A stretch of DNA of 47,745 nucleotides, from assembly GCA_032718475.1 (NCBI GenBank), contig JAUCBJ010003197.1, forward strand, positions 1 to 47,745, read 5' to 3'. The stretch comes from Nemertoderma westbladi (taxonomy: Eukaryota > Animalia > Xenacoelomorpha). The notes under the pieces were generated by a model. The model saw only the letters and a program-made list of their open reading frames with translations. It did no database searches and was not told the DNA's origin. How positions within the stretch are numbered: position 1 is the stretch's first letter; the number at the start of each line of letters is the position of its first letter. The translations under genes were made by a program, and so were the position numbers. Below, piece by piece: positions 34,401 through 47,745 of the stretch.

Positions 34401-37400
34401 ATCTACAGAACGACAGAATGACGGATCTACAGAACGACAGAACAACAGATCTACAGAAAGACAGATCTACAGAACGACAGATCTACAGAACGACAGATCT
34501 ACAGAACGACAGATCCACAGAGCGACTGATCTACAGAACGACAGATCTACAGAACGACTGATCTACAGAACGACTGATCTACAGAACGACAGATCTACAG
34601 AACGACTAATCTACAGAACGACTGATCTACAGAACGACAGATCCACAGAGCGACTGATCTACAGAACGACAGAATGACGGATCTACAGAACGACAGAACA
34701 ACAGATCTACAGAAAGACAGATCCACAGAACGACAGATCTACAGAACGACGGATCTACAGAACGACGGATCTACAGAACGACAGATCCACAGAGCGACTG
34801 ATCTACAGAACGACAGAATGACGGATCTACAGAACGACAGAACAACAGATCTACAGAAAGACAGATCCACAGAACGACAGATCTACAGAACGACGGATCT
34901 ACAGAACGACGGATCTACAGAACGACAGAACAACAGATCTACAGAAAGACAGATCTACAGAACGACAGATCTACAGAACGACAGATCTACAGAACGACAG
35001 ATCCACAGAGCGACTGATCTACAGAACGACAGATCTACAGAACGACTGATCTACAGAACGACTGATCTACAGAACGACAGATCTACAGAACGACTAATCT
35101 ACAGAACGACTGATCTACAGAACGACAGATCCACAGAGCGACTGATCTACAGAACGACAGAATGACGGATCTACAGAACGACAGAACAACAGATCTACAG
35201 AAAGACAGATCCACAGAATGACAGATCTACAGAACGACGGATCTACAGAACGACGGATCTACAGAACGACAGATCCACAGAGCGACTGATCTACAGAACG
35301 ACAGAATGACGGATCTACAGAACGACAGAACAACAGATCTACAGAAAGACAGATCCACAGAACGACAGATCTACAGAACGACAGATCCACAGAGCGACTG
35401 ATCTACAGAACGACAGAATGACGGATCTACAGAACGACAGAACAACAGATCTACAGAAAGACAGATCTACAGAATGACAGATCCACAGAGCGACTGATCT
35501 AGAGAACGACAGATCTACAGAACGACAGATCTACAGAACGACAGATCTACAGAACGACGGATCTACAGAACGACGGATCTACAGAAAGACAGATCTACAG
35601 AATGACAGATCCACAGAGCGACTGATCTAGAGAACGACAGATCTACAGAACAGAAGATCTACAGAATGACGGATCTACAGAATGACAGATCCACAGAGCG
35701 ACTGATCTACAGAACGACAGATCTACAGAACGACAGATCTACAGAACGACAGATCTACAAAACGACAGATCTACAGAACGACAGATCTACAGAACGACTG
35801 ATCTACAGAACGACGGATCTACAAAACGACAGATCTACAGAATGACAGATCCACAGAGCGACTGATCTAGAGAACGACAGAATGACGGATCTACAGAACG
35901 ACAGAACAACAGATCTACAGAAAGACAGATCTACAGAACGACAGAACAACAGATCTACAGAAAGACAGATCTACAGAACGACAGATCTACAGAACGACAG
36001 ATCTACAGAACGACGGATCTACAGAACGACGGATCTACAGAACGACTGATCCACAGAGCGACTGATCTACAGAACGACAGAATGACGGATCTACAGAACG
36101 ACAGAACAACAGATCTACAGAAAGACAGATCTACAGAACGACAGAACAACAGATCTACAGAAAGACAGATCTACAGAATGACAGATCCACAGAGCGACTG
36201 ATCTAGAGAACGACAGATCTACAGAACGACAGATCTACAGAACGACAGATCTACAGAACGACGGATCTACAGAACGACGGATCTACAGAAAGACAGATCT
36301 ACAGAATGACAGATCCACAGAGCGACTGATCTAGAGAACGACAGATCTACAGAACAGAAGATCTACAGAATGACGGATCTACAGAATGACAGATCCACAG
36401 AGCGACTGATCTACAGAACGACAGATCTACAGAACGACAGATCTACAGAACGACAGATCTACAGAACAACAGATCTACAGAATGACGGATCTACAGAGCG
36501 ACTGATATACAGAACAACAGATCTACAGAACGACGGATCTACAGAACGACGGATCTACAGAAAGACAGATCTACAGAATGACAGATCCACAGAGCGACTG
36601 ATCTACAGAACGACAGATCTACAGAACGACAGATCTACAGAACGACAGATCTACAGAACGACGGATCTACAGAAAGACAGATCTACAGAATGACAGATCC
36701 ACAGAGCGACTGATCTACAGAACGACTGATCTACAGAACAGAAGATCTACAGAATGACGGATCTACAGAATGACAGATCCACAGAGCGACTGATCTACAG
36801 AACGACGGATCTACAGAACGACGGATCTACAGAAAGACAGATCTACAGAATGACAGATCCACAGAGCGACTGATCTAGAGAACGACAGATCTACAGAACG
36901 ACTAATCTACAGAACGACAGATCTACTGAACGACAGAACGACAGATCTACAGAACGAAAGATCTACAGAACGACAGATCTACAGAACAGAAGATCTACAG
37001 AATGACGGATCTACAGAATGACAGATCTACAGAACGACTAATCTACAGAACGACTGATCTACAGAACGACAGATCTACAGAACAGAAGATCTACAGAACG
37101 ACGGATCTACAGAACGACGGATCTACAGAAAGACAGATCCACAGAGCGACTGATCTAGAGAACGACAGATCTACAGAACAGAAGATCTACAGAATGACGG
37201 ATCTACAGAATGACAGATCTACAGAGCGACTGATATACAGAACAACAGATCTACAGAACAGAAGATCTACAGAATGACGGATCTACAGAACGACAGATCT
37301 ACAGAACGACTGATCCACAGAGCGACTGATCTACAGAACGACAGAATGACGGATCTACAGAACGACAGAACAACAGATCTACAGAAAGACAGATCCACAG

Positions 37401-40400
37401 AACGACAGATCTACAGAACGACAGATCTACAGAACGACAGATCTACAGAACGACTGATCTACAGAACGACAGATCCACAGAGCGACTGATCTACAGAACG
37501 ACAGATCCACAGAGCGACTGATCTACAGAACGACAGATCTACAGAACGACAGATCTACAGAACGACGGATCTACAGAACGACGGATCTACAGAACGACAG
37601 ATCTACAGAACGACAGATCCACAGAGCGACTGATCTACAGAACGACAGAATGACGGATCTACAGAACGACAGAACAACAGATCTACAGAAAGACAGATCT
37701 ACAGAATGACAGATCCACAGAGCGACTGATCTAGAGAACGACAGATCTACAGAACGACTAATCTACAGAACGACAGATCTACAGAACGACAGATCTACAG
37801 AACGACAGATCTACAGAATGACGGATCTACAGAATGACTGATCTACAGAACAACGGATCTATAGAACGACGGATCTACAGAACGACAGATCTACAGATCT
37901 ACCGAACGACATATCTACAGAACGACATATCTACAGAACGACAGATCCACAGAGCGACTGATCTACAGAACGACAGATCTACAGAACGACAGATCTACAG
38001 AGCGACGGATCTACAGAACGACGGATCTACAGAGCGACGGATCTACAGAACGACAGATCTACAGAACGACGGATCTACAGAATGACAGATCTACAGAACG
38101 ACAGATCTACAGAACGACAGATCTACAGTACGACAGAATGACGGATCTACAGAATGACTGATCTACAGAACAACGGATCTATAGAACGACGGATCTACAG
38201 AACGACAGATCTACAGATCTACCGAACGACATATCTACAGAACGACATATCTACAGAACGACAGATCCACAGAGCGACTGATCTACAGAACGACAGATCT
38301 ACAGAGCGACTGATCTACAGAACGACAGATCCACAGAACGACGGATCTACAGAATGACTGATCTACAGAACAACGGATCTATAGAACGACAGATCTACAG
38401 ATCTACCGAACGACATATCTACAGAACGACATATCTACAGAACGACAGATCCACAGAGCGACTGATCTACAGAACGACAGAACCACAGAGCGACTGATCT
38501 ACAGAACGGAAGATCTACAGAACGACAGATCTACAGAATGACGGATCTACAGAACGACAGATCTACAGAACGTCAGATCTACAGAACGACAGATCCACAG
38601 AACGACAGATCTACAGAACGACAGATCTACAGAACGACAGATCTACAGAACGACAGAACGACGGATCTACAGAACGACGGATCTACAGAACGACAGATCT
38701 ACAGAACGACGGATCTACAGAACGACGGATCTACAGAACGACAGATCTACAGAACGACGGATCTACAGAACGACGGATCTACAGAACGAGAGATCTACAG
38801 AACGACAGATCTACAGAACGACTAATCTACAGAACGACGGATCTACAGAACGACAGATCTACAGAATGACAGATCTACAGAGCGACTGATATACAGAACG
38901 ACAGATCTACAGAACGACGGATCTACAGAAAGACAGAATGACGGATCTACAGAACGACGGATCTACAGAACGACAGATCTACAGAATGACAGATCTACAG
39001 AGCGACTAATCTACAGAACGACGGATCTACAGAACGACAGATCTACAGAACGACTGATCTACAGAACGACAGATCTACAGAACGACGGATCTACAGAACG
39101 ACAGATCTACAGAGCGACTGATATACAGAACGACAGATCTACAGAACGACGGATCTACAGAAAGACAGAATGACGGATCTACAGAACGACAGATCTAGAG
39201 AACGACAGATCTACAGAACGACGGATCTACAGAACGACAGATCTACAGAATGACAGATCTACAGAGCGACTAATCTACAGAACGACGGATCTACAGAACG
39301 ACAGATCTACAGAATGACAGATCTACAGAGCGACTGATATACAGAACGACAGATCTACAGAACGACAGATCTACAGATCTACAGAACGACAGATCTACAG
39401 AACGACAGATCTACAGATCTACAGAACGACAGATCTACAGAACGACGGATCTACAGAACGACAGATCTACAGAATGACAGATCTACAGAGCGACTGATAT
39501 ACAGAATGACAGATCTAAAGAACGACAGATCTACAGATCTACAGAACGACAGATCTACAGAACGACAGATCTAGAGAACGACAGATCTACAGAACGACAG
39601 ATCCACAGAACGACAGATCTACAGAAAGACAGAATGACGGATCTACAGAACGACAGATCTAGAGAACGACAGATCTACAGAACGACAGATCCACAGAACG
39701 ACAGATATACAGAATGACAGATCTACAGAACGACAGATCTACAGAACGACAGATCTACAGAACGACAGAACCACAGAACGACAGATCCACAGAGCGACTG
39801 ATCTACAGAGCGACTGATCTACAGAACGACTGATCTACAGAACGACAGATCTACAGAACGAGAGATCTACAGAACGACGGATCTACAGAATGACGGATCT
39901 ACAGAGCGACTGATCTACAGAACGACGGATCTACAGAAAGACAGATCTAGAGAACGACTGATCTACAGAACGACAGATCTACAGAACGAGAGATCTACAG
40001 AATGACAGATCTACAGAACGACAGATCTACAGAACGACAGATCTACAGAACGACAGAACCACAGAACGACAGATCTACAGAACGACAGATCTACAGAATG
40101 ACAGATCTACAGAGCGACTGATATACAGAACAACAGATCTACAGAACGACGGATCTACAGAACGACAGATCTACAGAATGACAGATCTACAGAGCGACTG
40201 ATATACAGAACAACAGAACAACAGATCTACAGAACGACAGATCTACAGAACGACAGATCTACAGAACGACGGATCTACAGAACGACAGATCTACAGAACG
40301 ACAGATCTACAGAACGACAGATCTACAGAACGACAGATCTACAGAACGACGGATCTACAGAACGACAGATCTACAGAATGACAGATCTACAGAACGACGG

Positions 40401-42116
40401 ATCTACAGAGCGACTGATATACAGAACAACAGATCTACAGAACGACAGATCTACAGAACAACAGATCTAGAGAACGACAGATCTACAGAACGACAGATCC
40501 ACAGAGCGACTGATCTACAGAACGACGGATCTACAGAACGACAGATCTACAGAACGACAGATCTACAGAACGACAGATCTACAGAACGACAGATCTACAG
40601 AACGACAGATCTACAGAACGACAGATCTACAGAACGACAGATCTACAGAACGACAGATCTACAGAACGACAGATCTACAGAACGACGGATCTACAGAACG
40701 ACAGATCTACAGAATGACAGATCTACAGAACGACGGATCTACAGAGCGACTGATATACAGAACAACAGATCTACAGAACGACAGATCTACAGAATGACGG
40801 ATCTACAGAGCGACTGATCTACAGAACGACTGATCTACAGAATGACAGATCTACAGAACGACAGATCTACAGAACGACGGATCTACAGAACGACAGATCT
40901 ACAGAACGACAGATCTACAGAACGACAGATCTACAGAACGACAGATCTACAGAACGACGGATCTACAGAACGACAGATCTACAGAATGACAGATCTACAG
41001 AACGACGGATCTACAGAGCGACTGATATACAGAACAACAGATCTACAGAACGACAGATCTACAGAATGACGGATCTACAGAGCGACTGATCTACAGAACG
41101 ACTGATCTACAGAACGACAGATCTACAGAACAACAGATCTAGAGAACGACAGATCTACAGAACGACAGATCCACAGAGCGACTGATCTACAGAACGACGG
41201 ATCTACAGAACGACAGATCTACAGAACGACAGATCTACAGAACGACAGATCTACAGAACGACAGATCTACAGAACGACAGATCTACAGAACGACAGATCT
41301 ACAGAATGACGGATCTACAGAGCGACTGATCTACAGAACGACTGATCTACAGAACGACAGATCTACAGAACAACAGATCTAGAGAACGACAGATCTACAG
41401 AACGACAGATCCACAGAGCGACTGATCTACAGAACGACGGATCTACAGAACGACAGATCTACAAAACGACAGAACGACAGATCTACAGAACGAAAGATCT
41501 ACAGAACGACGGATCTACAGAACGACAGATCTACAGAATGACAGATCTACAGAGCGACTGATATACAGAACAACAGATCTACAGAATGACAGATCTACAG
41601 AACGACAGATCTACAGAACGACGGATCTACAGAACGACAGATCTACAAAACGACAGATCTACAGAACGACAGATCTAGAGAACGACAGATCTACAGAACG
41701 ACAGATCCACAGAGCGACTGATCTACAGAACGACGGATCTACAGAACGACAGATCTACAAAACGACAGAACGACAGATCTACAGAACGAAAGATCTACAG
41801 AACGACGGATCTACAGAACGACAGATCTACAGAATGACAGATCTACAGAGCGACTGATATACAGAACAACAGATCTACAGAATGACAGATCTACAGAACG
41901 ACAGATCTACAGAACGACGGATCTACAGAACGACAGATCTACAAAACGACAGATCTACAGAACGACAGATCTACAGAACGACTGATCTACAGAACGACAG
42001 ATCTACAGAACGACGGATCTACAGAACGACAGATCTACAGAATGACAGATCTACAGAGCGACTGATATACAGAACAACAGATCTACAGAATGACAGATCT
42101 ACAGAACGACAACAGA
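28485..42116 (+). repeat. 16-bp satellite, right arm, ~13.6 kb, same orientation as left arm
   Basis: Directly visible tandem array. Confidence 0.99.
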
Positions 42117-43486
42117 GATTGAGATAGTGGTACTCATATGCAAAGCTCGCTAACTTTCGCGGCTCGCCCCACTGCATCTATAATATATATTATATGTTTT
42201 GTCGGATAGAGTACAGTAGGCAAATTTACTGTAATAATGTTCCTATTCATATGTCATATTTATTTAAATTTATTGACATAGAGTAAACTGTCTCACACTT
42301 CCCAAAATCCCCACCATATGGTGTTCATGAATGTCTACAATAATAATAGTTGATACAAATCATTGCATTTCACCCCATTGAAGTTTTATAGAATATGAAT
42401 TATGGTAGGGATTTTTTGTTGGCTTGTGAATTGTGTGAAAGTGTGAAATTCTAATATTAATATATACAATACGCAATATATCAGTACATTAGGCCTATTG
42501 GCCTTCACACAGTTTATATACAATAAGTAGTATAGAAGTTGGGAACGAGGGAAGTACCTAATATCTCTATCCTAAACTGCTTAATTCAATTGGCATTAAT
42601 TTGACGGATATATATTATTATTGTTAAGAACCAATACTATATACTACTATATTATTATCAAGATAAACTTTAATAATTTCAGTTTTAAACTACTGTAAGT
42701 TAATATAACAGTAATACTGCGTTAGTTGTTTTGTTTAACTATTTACAAACTTTTGTAAAAATAATAAAGGAGCGCTTTCCAGCTTTCTGATCCTAGTGGT
42801 GTATTACACGAGCAAAAGTAATCACATTGGAAAAAAGTAGGGTCAGAGATTCTTTGAGCTTTACAGTTCACCTACTGTAAGAACTCCTAGAGTCTTTACC
42901 CAACCAAAGTTCTAACGGGCTCCATACTATACGAGTTATATTTTATTCAAAGTTTTGTATATTCTGATGTGTAGAGGTTATTGAAAGATATCGAGTCATG
43001 AAAATATCGCGAGAATAAAAGCGTGATGAAAAATATCGAGCGTAAAAATGTCGAGAGTAAAAATATCGTGAGTCAAAATATCGTGAGTAAAAATATCGTG
43101 AGTAAAATTATCGAGAATAAAATATCGCGAGTAAAATTATTGTGAGTAAAAATATTGTGAGTAAAATTAGCTATAATTTTTTTAATAAAACACTAGCTTC
43201 CAATGAAAACACTACTAGGTAGTGCTATAGAAACAAACTGAAATAAATGGTGATTTATTAAAAAAAAAATAAAGATATTTAAAGCTATAGTTTTTGTAAA
43301 AGCACTGGCTACCAACAATAATACTAGCTATGTACCAAGGAAAAGCCTAGCTACCATCAAATAAATTAGCTTCCAGGAAAATGAATAGTTTACTAAGTTA
43401 TTCCCACACTCCCCTACGTCCCCTCTACAATTGAAATCGCCACCAAACACAATATGTTTGGGTGGGTATAGGTGATGAGGGACTTG

Positions 43487-43800
43487 TGGGTTGAGCGACG
43501 GAAGTAAGCGAGCTTAGCATACAGGTACCACCAGTGGCGTATTTAGAGATTATCAAGGGGGGGGGGGGGGGGGGGGGGGCACATGAATAAATCAAACACC
43601 TTATCAACGTACCACTAACTCAATCGCTGTGTCTGTTTTTCTGTTATCTGTCTTATCCGGCGTTCTGTTGTTTTCAATTTTAAACGTTAATAACTCAGCC
43701 AAATCTTAATGAAATCTATCCAAACTTGGTACACATGTTGTTTAGCAAAAGTTTAGAAATTTTCCAAGTTAAATTTGCGTGTGGCCTTCAAGAAGCAAAG
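43487..43800 (-). mobile_element. Compact relative of the satellite-bearing element
   Basis: Homologous to both satellite flanks; its centre (minus strand CAACAGAACGCCGGATAAGACAGATAACAGAAAAACAGACACAG) is a ~45-bp satellite-like seed. Confidence 0.75.
43532..43608 (+). mobile_element. 77-bp insertion (CAGTGGCGTA...G23...) flanked by the 7-bp direct repeat GTACCAC; hAT-MITE-like remnant
   Basis: GTACCAC at 43525-43531 and 43609-43615; the homologous site near 42130 has a single copy and no insert. Confidence 0.7.
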
Positions 43801-44980
43801 ATAATAGCAGTTAATGAATTAAATTAAAATAATTAAGTTAGTTAGGTTAAAAACAGCATTTTCAAGCCTGCCTTTTAATGGAAATTAAATATTTTATAGT
43901 ATAAGATATAAATAATTATACTTAAAAGTTATACAGCTGTAATCCCCATACCCCATTCCATTATAGTTTTTAATTAGTTTCAAGTGATTTGCTTTAAGAA
44001 ATGTGTTTTTAATTGATCTAACGTAATTAAGTCATCAAAATGCCCTCGTCACTCTATACCTCCCTCATTCCTTGGCATACTAGCTATTGCCTATTATTAG
44101 TTGGAACCAGTCCAATCATCTTATCACTACTTGGCAACAACGGGTAATTACATCTATAGGACATGGGCAAGGCAGGCACTACTAGTGTAAAGTGAATAAT
44201 AAGTCAGCTTGCTTATTATTTATCTCGCAAAATGATTGCATGGAGTATTCTGAGTTAGAATCATCAGCTAAATAATTTCTTTGAGATGTTGACATGATCA
44301 TTTAATATTTCAGTATCAATACTATCGGCATAAGATAAGTTTTAATAATTTTACAAATTGGGTTGCATCCACACCTAGAAATATATTACTTTTAAAACAC
44401 AAATTTCCTGTTAATACCTCTGGGCTCTGCCTTTCATTAATCCTCTGTGCTCCATTGGGTTGGGGTGGTGCAGATTAAGATGGCGGTTGAAGCGAGGGAG
44501 GGAACTTTCCTCTGTTCTTTGATTTATTCTTATTGGCAGTATGGTTAAAGTTCATATTTATTTATTTAAATTTCTTAAGTACCGATTTTGGGATAGAATT
44601 GCTCAATTTTAATGATCTGTATCTGATAACTGAGCCTAGTCCTGCGCGATGGCCCCATGAACGTTGTTTATTACTATAATATTGGCTAATGGTATGTCAG
44701 GAGTGAGAGAGTACTATAAAATGTTGCTTTATTTGAATTAACTATAATAATCTTGTATATGATAGTCCAGATAGTGGACATGTTAAGTCTAGGCCTACTT
44801 ACACCTAATTTTTCATTGCCAATATTTTTACTTTCCAAATTTTTACTCTCAATATTTTTACTTTCCATATTTTCACTCTCGATATTTTTACTCTGGATAT
44901 TTTTACTCTCGTTATTTTTACTCTCAATAATTTTACTCTATTTCTATCCGCTCTATCTCAATTACACAAAAAAAGGCATC

Positions 44981-45608
44981 AAAATTCTTAGGTATTTACA
45001 TTGACAATAAAATTGACTGGAAAACACTAAAAAATCTCGAAACTTACTGTCATTTTTTTCATACTAAGATACATTCTACCTCTGCATATTTCAAGAACCC
45101 TCTACTTCGCACTAGTTCATCCACATATCCTATACGGAATACTACCTTGGGGCAACGCACATAACTTTCAGGCCTAATCAAGCTCATGCTAACCCAATTT
45201 ATAAAAACCTAAATATTTTACCTCTCGAAAAAGTATTCGAACTTGAAGTGGCTAAATATATGTATGATATTAAAAAATGAAAAAAACTAAAGCATTACAA
45301 AATTTAATTAAACAAACTAGTTCCATCCACAGATATAATACTCGATCGAGTTGTGCACAAAACTTTTTCGTTCCACGTGAAGGACTACAGCTCACCCAGA
45401 AATCCTTAAAATTCACTGGCCCGAAAATATGGAATGCCATCCCTAGCGATATAAAAAAGGCTAAATCAAAAATTCGATTTCATATGAATTAAAAAAATAT
45501 TTCTTCAGACTCTATCTTAAAAAATACCTAGAAACATTTGATTAATAATTATACTCCATAAACAAACCATATTACTATTACCATATTACCATATTATTAT
45601 TATTATTT
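44981..45608 (+). pseudogene. 5'-truncated, degenerate CR1/L2-group LINE ORF2 3' end with (ATT)n tail
   Basis: Across frameshifts: KFLGIYIDNKIDW, LYFALVHPHILYGILPWG, NLNILPL, HRYNTRSS, KSLKFTGPKIWNAIPSDIK; tail at ~45570-45608. Confidence 0.85.
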
Positions 45609-45670
45609 GATTTTTATAGGTATAGATGTATGTACAATAATACATTTGTACTTTCCATACACTTTAGTTA

Positions 45671-45744
45671 GTTACAGAACATATTACGTTATGTTACAGA
45701 ACATATTACGTTATGTTACAGAACATATTACGTTATGTTACAGA
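45671..45744 (+). repeat. 22-bp tandem repeat, about 3.4 copies
   Basis: GTTACAGAACATATTACGTTAT repeated perfectly. Confidence 0.95.
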
Positions 45745-45872
45745 CATGGCAGATCCCGGATTCGCTTTTTTGAATGATCTCCGGGGTTTGATATGCCAAT
45801 AATGCAGTACAAGTCCCTAAAGGGTGCCACCCTGCTCCATAGCGCGGGAAATTCATGTTATTTGAGGAGACT

Positions 45873-46033
45873 TTAAAATTACTAGAATCACTATTACTAT
45901 TTCCTGATTGGTTTTAAACTGGGTACCTGGCAACGCCATCAGCTGATTTCAAAATGCCATATTGCTGATTAGGCGACATGAAATAGTGATTCTAGTAATT
46001 TTAAGGGCCTTAAAAATACTAGAGTCACTATTT
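45873..46033. repeat. Three copies of a 23-bp motif in alternating orientation (MITE-like)
   Basis: 45873-45895 and 45982-46004 are perfect inverted repeats; a third copy at 46010-46033 forms a near-perfect palindrome with the second. Confidence 0.8.
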
Positions 46034-46122
46034 CGGAAGCGCTTAAAACAACCAGAAGCACTATCCGGTAACACAGGGCCAAGTACAGAACTGACAATCA
46101 CCCATTAAATAATTAACTAACA

Positions 46123-46400
46123 CTGTGGGGCGAGCCATGAAAATGAGCGAGCTTAGAATACGGATACCAATCTCACTCGCGTCTAATCTGTCGGTCTGCC
46201 AGGCGGATTGGTCGGTCGGTACCCCGTCTAATCTTTGAATGTTAATACAGTAACTCAGCGAATCTTTGTGATGAAATTATACCAACATTGAAATGAAATC
46301 ATACATCAATCCATTCATACAATCAAATCATACAATGAAATTGTACACAAGTAGTACTTCAAATGTTTAGAAAGTTTTCAAAAAATTTTGGCGTCGTGCA
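46123..46400 (-). mobile_element. Second compact relative of the satellite-bearing element
   Basis: GTGGGGCGAGCC...AGCGAGCTT matches the reverse complement of 42143-42172; short CTGTCGGTC-type centre; AACTCAGC...ATGAAAT...CCAA block shared with the 43.5-kb copy. Confidence 0.65.
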
Positions 46401-46689
46401 TTTAAATGGTCCGCCTCCCTCTAGAAGGCGCTAAATATTATTTCGTCTAAGCTTAATAACTTTTGAATACTTCATTGATTTTGAATAACCTATCGATGGT
46501 TTTCAATTAAGTAATAGGTACAATCAGAGACTCAAAACATCAGCATCGGCCGCAAGATGGTGTTAACAAATTTACCGCTAGTATTTAAGTTTTGAATTAA
46601 GAATATTACAGATAACCGATTAAACTATTATTTATTGATATGTTTATTGCTATAGTTAGTGCTGTTTCCAATTTTCAAACTCTGTCATA

Positions 46690-46882
46690 TTATTTAAGTT
46701 GAGGTGGCGGCGGTGGTGTTGGTGCAGGACTTGGTGTAGACGGAGTTTGTGGGACTAATGGTAAAGCGTCTGAACAACCGCAAGAAACGCAATGTCCACA
46801 AGTGGTACAGTTTTGATTCTCCATATTATACGTGCACAGTATATAGGGCCTACTTTGACTACGTGTTCTATACCAACAGTAA
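46690..46882 (-). CDS. Possible Cys-rich, Pro-tailed terminal exon of an unidentified gene
   Basis: GC-richer island; acceptor ttgtttAG; YCWYRTRSQSRPYILCTYNMENQNCTTCGHCVSCGCSDALPLVPQTPSTPSPAPTPPPPPQLK*. No family recognised. Confidence 0.25.
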
Positions 46883-47745
46883 CTAAACAATAATATTATA
46901 TATAGTAAGTAAGACTAAGACTTTACTATATAGAAGAAGTTATATATAACATTTTATATATACACATTTCCTTTATTTTATTTATTTTATTATTACTGAT
47001 ACTAAATAAGCACACCGATTACAAATTTTTTTAGCTTAGGTTTACTATTTAACCACTGCTGGCACAGTTTACAACATCATTTCTTTCGAAGTTTCGATAA
47101 CTGTAAAGCCATCAACTAAGATAAGAAACAATTAAGCAATTAAACGGCGTTGAAGTGTCACAAATTAAATCACAATTGAACTACCTAACATCCCATCATT
47201 CATATTGAATGCCAAAACAATGAAAATGCCCGATTAATTGCTTTTCGCATATTGCTGCTACCACTTCAACTATACAAAGATCAAAATATACTTCCACCAC
47301 TGCATTTGTTGATTAATACCCAAACCACAACTCAATAAACATTAGGCTAAAAATACTGTACCAATGCTCTAATTAAATTCTTAGAAATTGGTATTCTTCG
47401 CATGGTTGGGGGGGGGGGGGGGGGGGGGGGTAAACTGCAAAGTGAAATATAGCAGCAGAAATCTGCTATACTGACATGTCCAGTAATCAATAGCGCATAA
47501 TAGTAGGCTTCAATGTATTTATATAAACCAACATAAAATAAACAACGCAAACTAGACGTATGTTTCCATTTTCCTTAAACACTATACAAACAAGTTGCTT
47601 TAGCTTCCAATAAATAACCAATACCTTAGCCGGTGATCTACTACCACCTACAAGTCTTTGCCTATAATATTGACTAATAATGCAATCTACTATAGAAACA
47701 AAATATTGCGGCTACCTGAGCGAGCCACCCACAACCACTGGTAAT

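Larger units (their letters stand above)
14790..42180 (+). mobile_element. Helentron/DINE-1-like non-autonomous element whose central repeat expanded into the satellite
   Basis: The unique flanks 14790-14907 and 42117-42175 are both homologous, in the same order, to compact minus-strand copies at 43487-43800 and 46123-46400 (shared ACATGT-TACCAAGTTTGG-TAGAT and AGCTCGC...GCTCGCCCCAC motifs). Family name inferred from architecture. Confidence 0.65.
42975..44955. mobile_element. Possible foldback-type element bounded by inverted arrays of a 15-bp unit
   Basis: (TATCG(T/A)GAGTAAAAA)n at ~42990-43168 and its reverse complement (TTTTTACTCTCGATA)n at ~44806-44940; exact termini and TSD not resolved. 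Confidence 0.5.

Noticed and set aside
14908-42127. Dozens of MTDLQNDRSTERQIYR ORFs
   Set aside because: Translation of a 16-bp repeat cycling through all frames; starts and stops are created by point variants of the monomer.
47626-47662. Micro-exon candidate QRLVGGSRSPAK resembling an SRCR or trypsin N-terminus
   Set aside because: Only 37 bp, and no compatible stop-free downstream exon could be built.

Overview
Repeat-dominated animal (probably invertebrate) genomic DNA; not prokaryotic, and most short ORFs in the track are repeat artefacts. Main contents: (1) three in-phase minus-strand exons (4909-5059, 3391-3512, 2241-2441), absent from the ORF track, encoding a beta/gamma-crystallin-like segment followed by a fibronectin type II-like domain; (2) about 18 kb of a 16-bp satellite (ACAGATCT-ACAGAACG) that appears to have expanded inside a Helentron/DINE-1-like non-autonomous element, two short relatives of which lie at 43.5 and 46.1 kb; (3) a BEL/Pao LTR retrotransposon (19314-28478) inside that satellite, with a gag-pol frame broken by one in-frame TAG, a single 655-bp LTR, no tRNA primer-binding site but an LTR-internal sequence complementary to the PBS position (self-priming candidate), and a perfect inverted copy of the last 201 bp of the LTR instead of a 3' LTR; (4) many other TE remnants: a tRNA-derived SINE with a UUCG-hairpin array, a Ulp1-protease pseudogene, TIR elements, CRE-like and CR1-like LINE fragments, and minisatellites. 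Family names come from motif recognition by eye, not from database searches.
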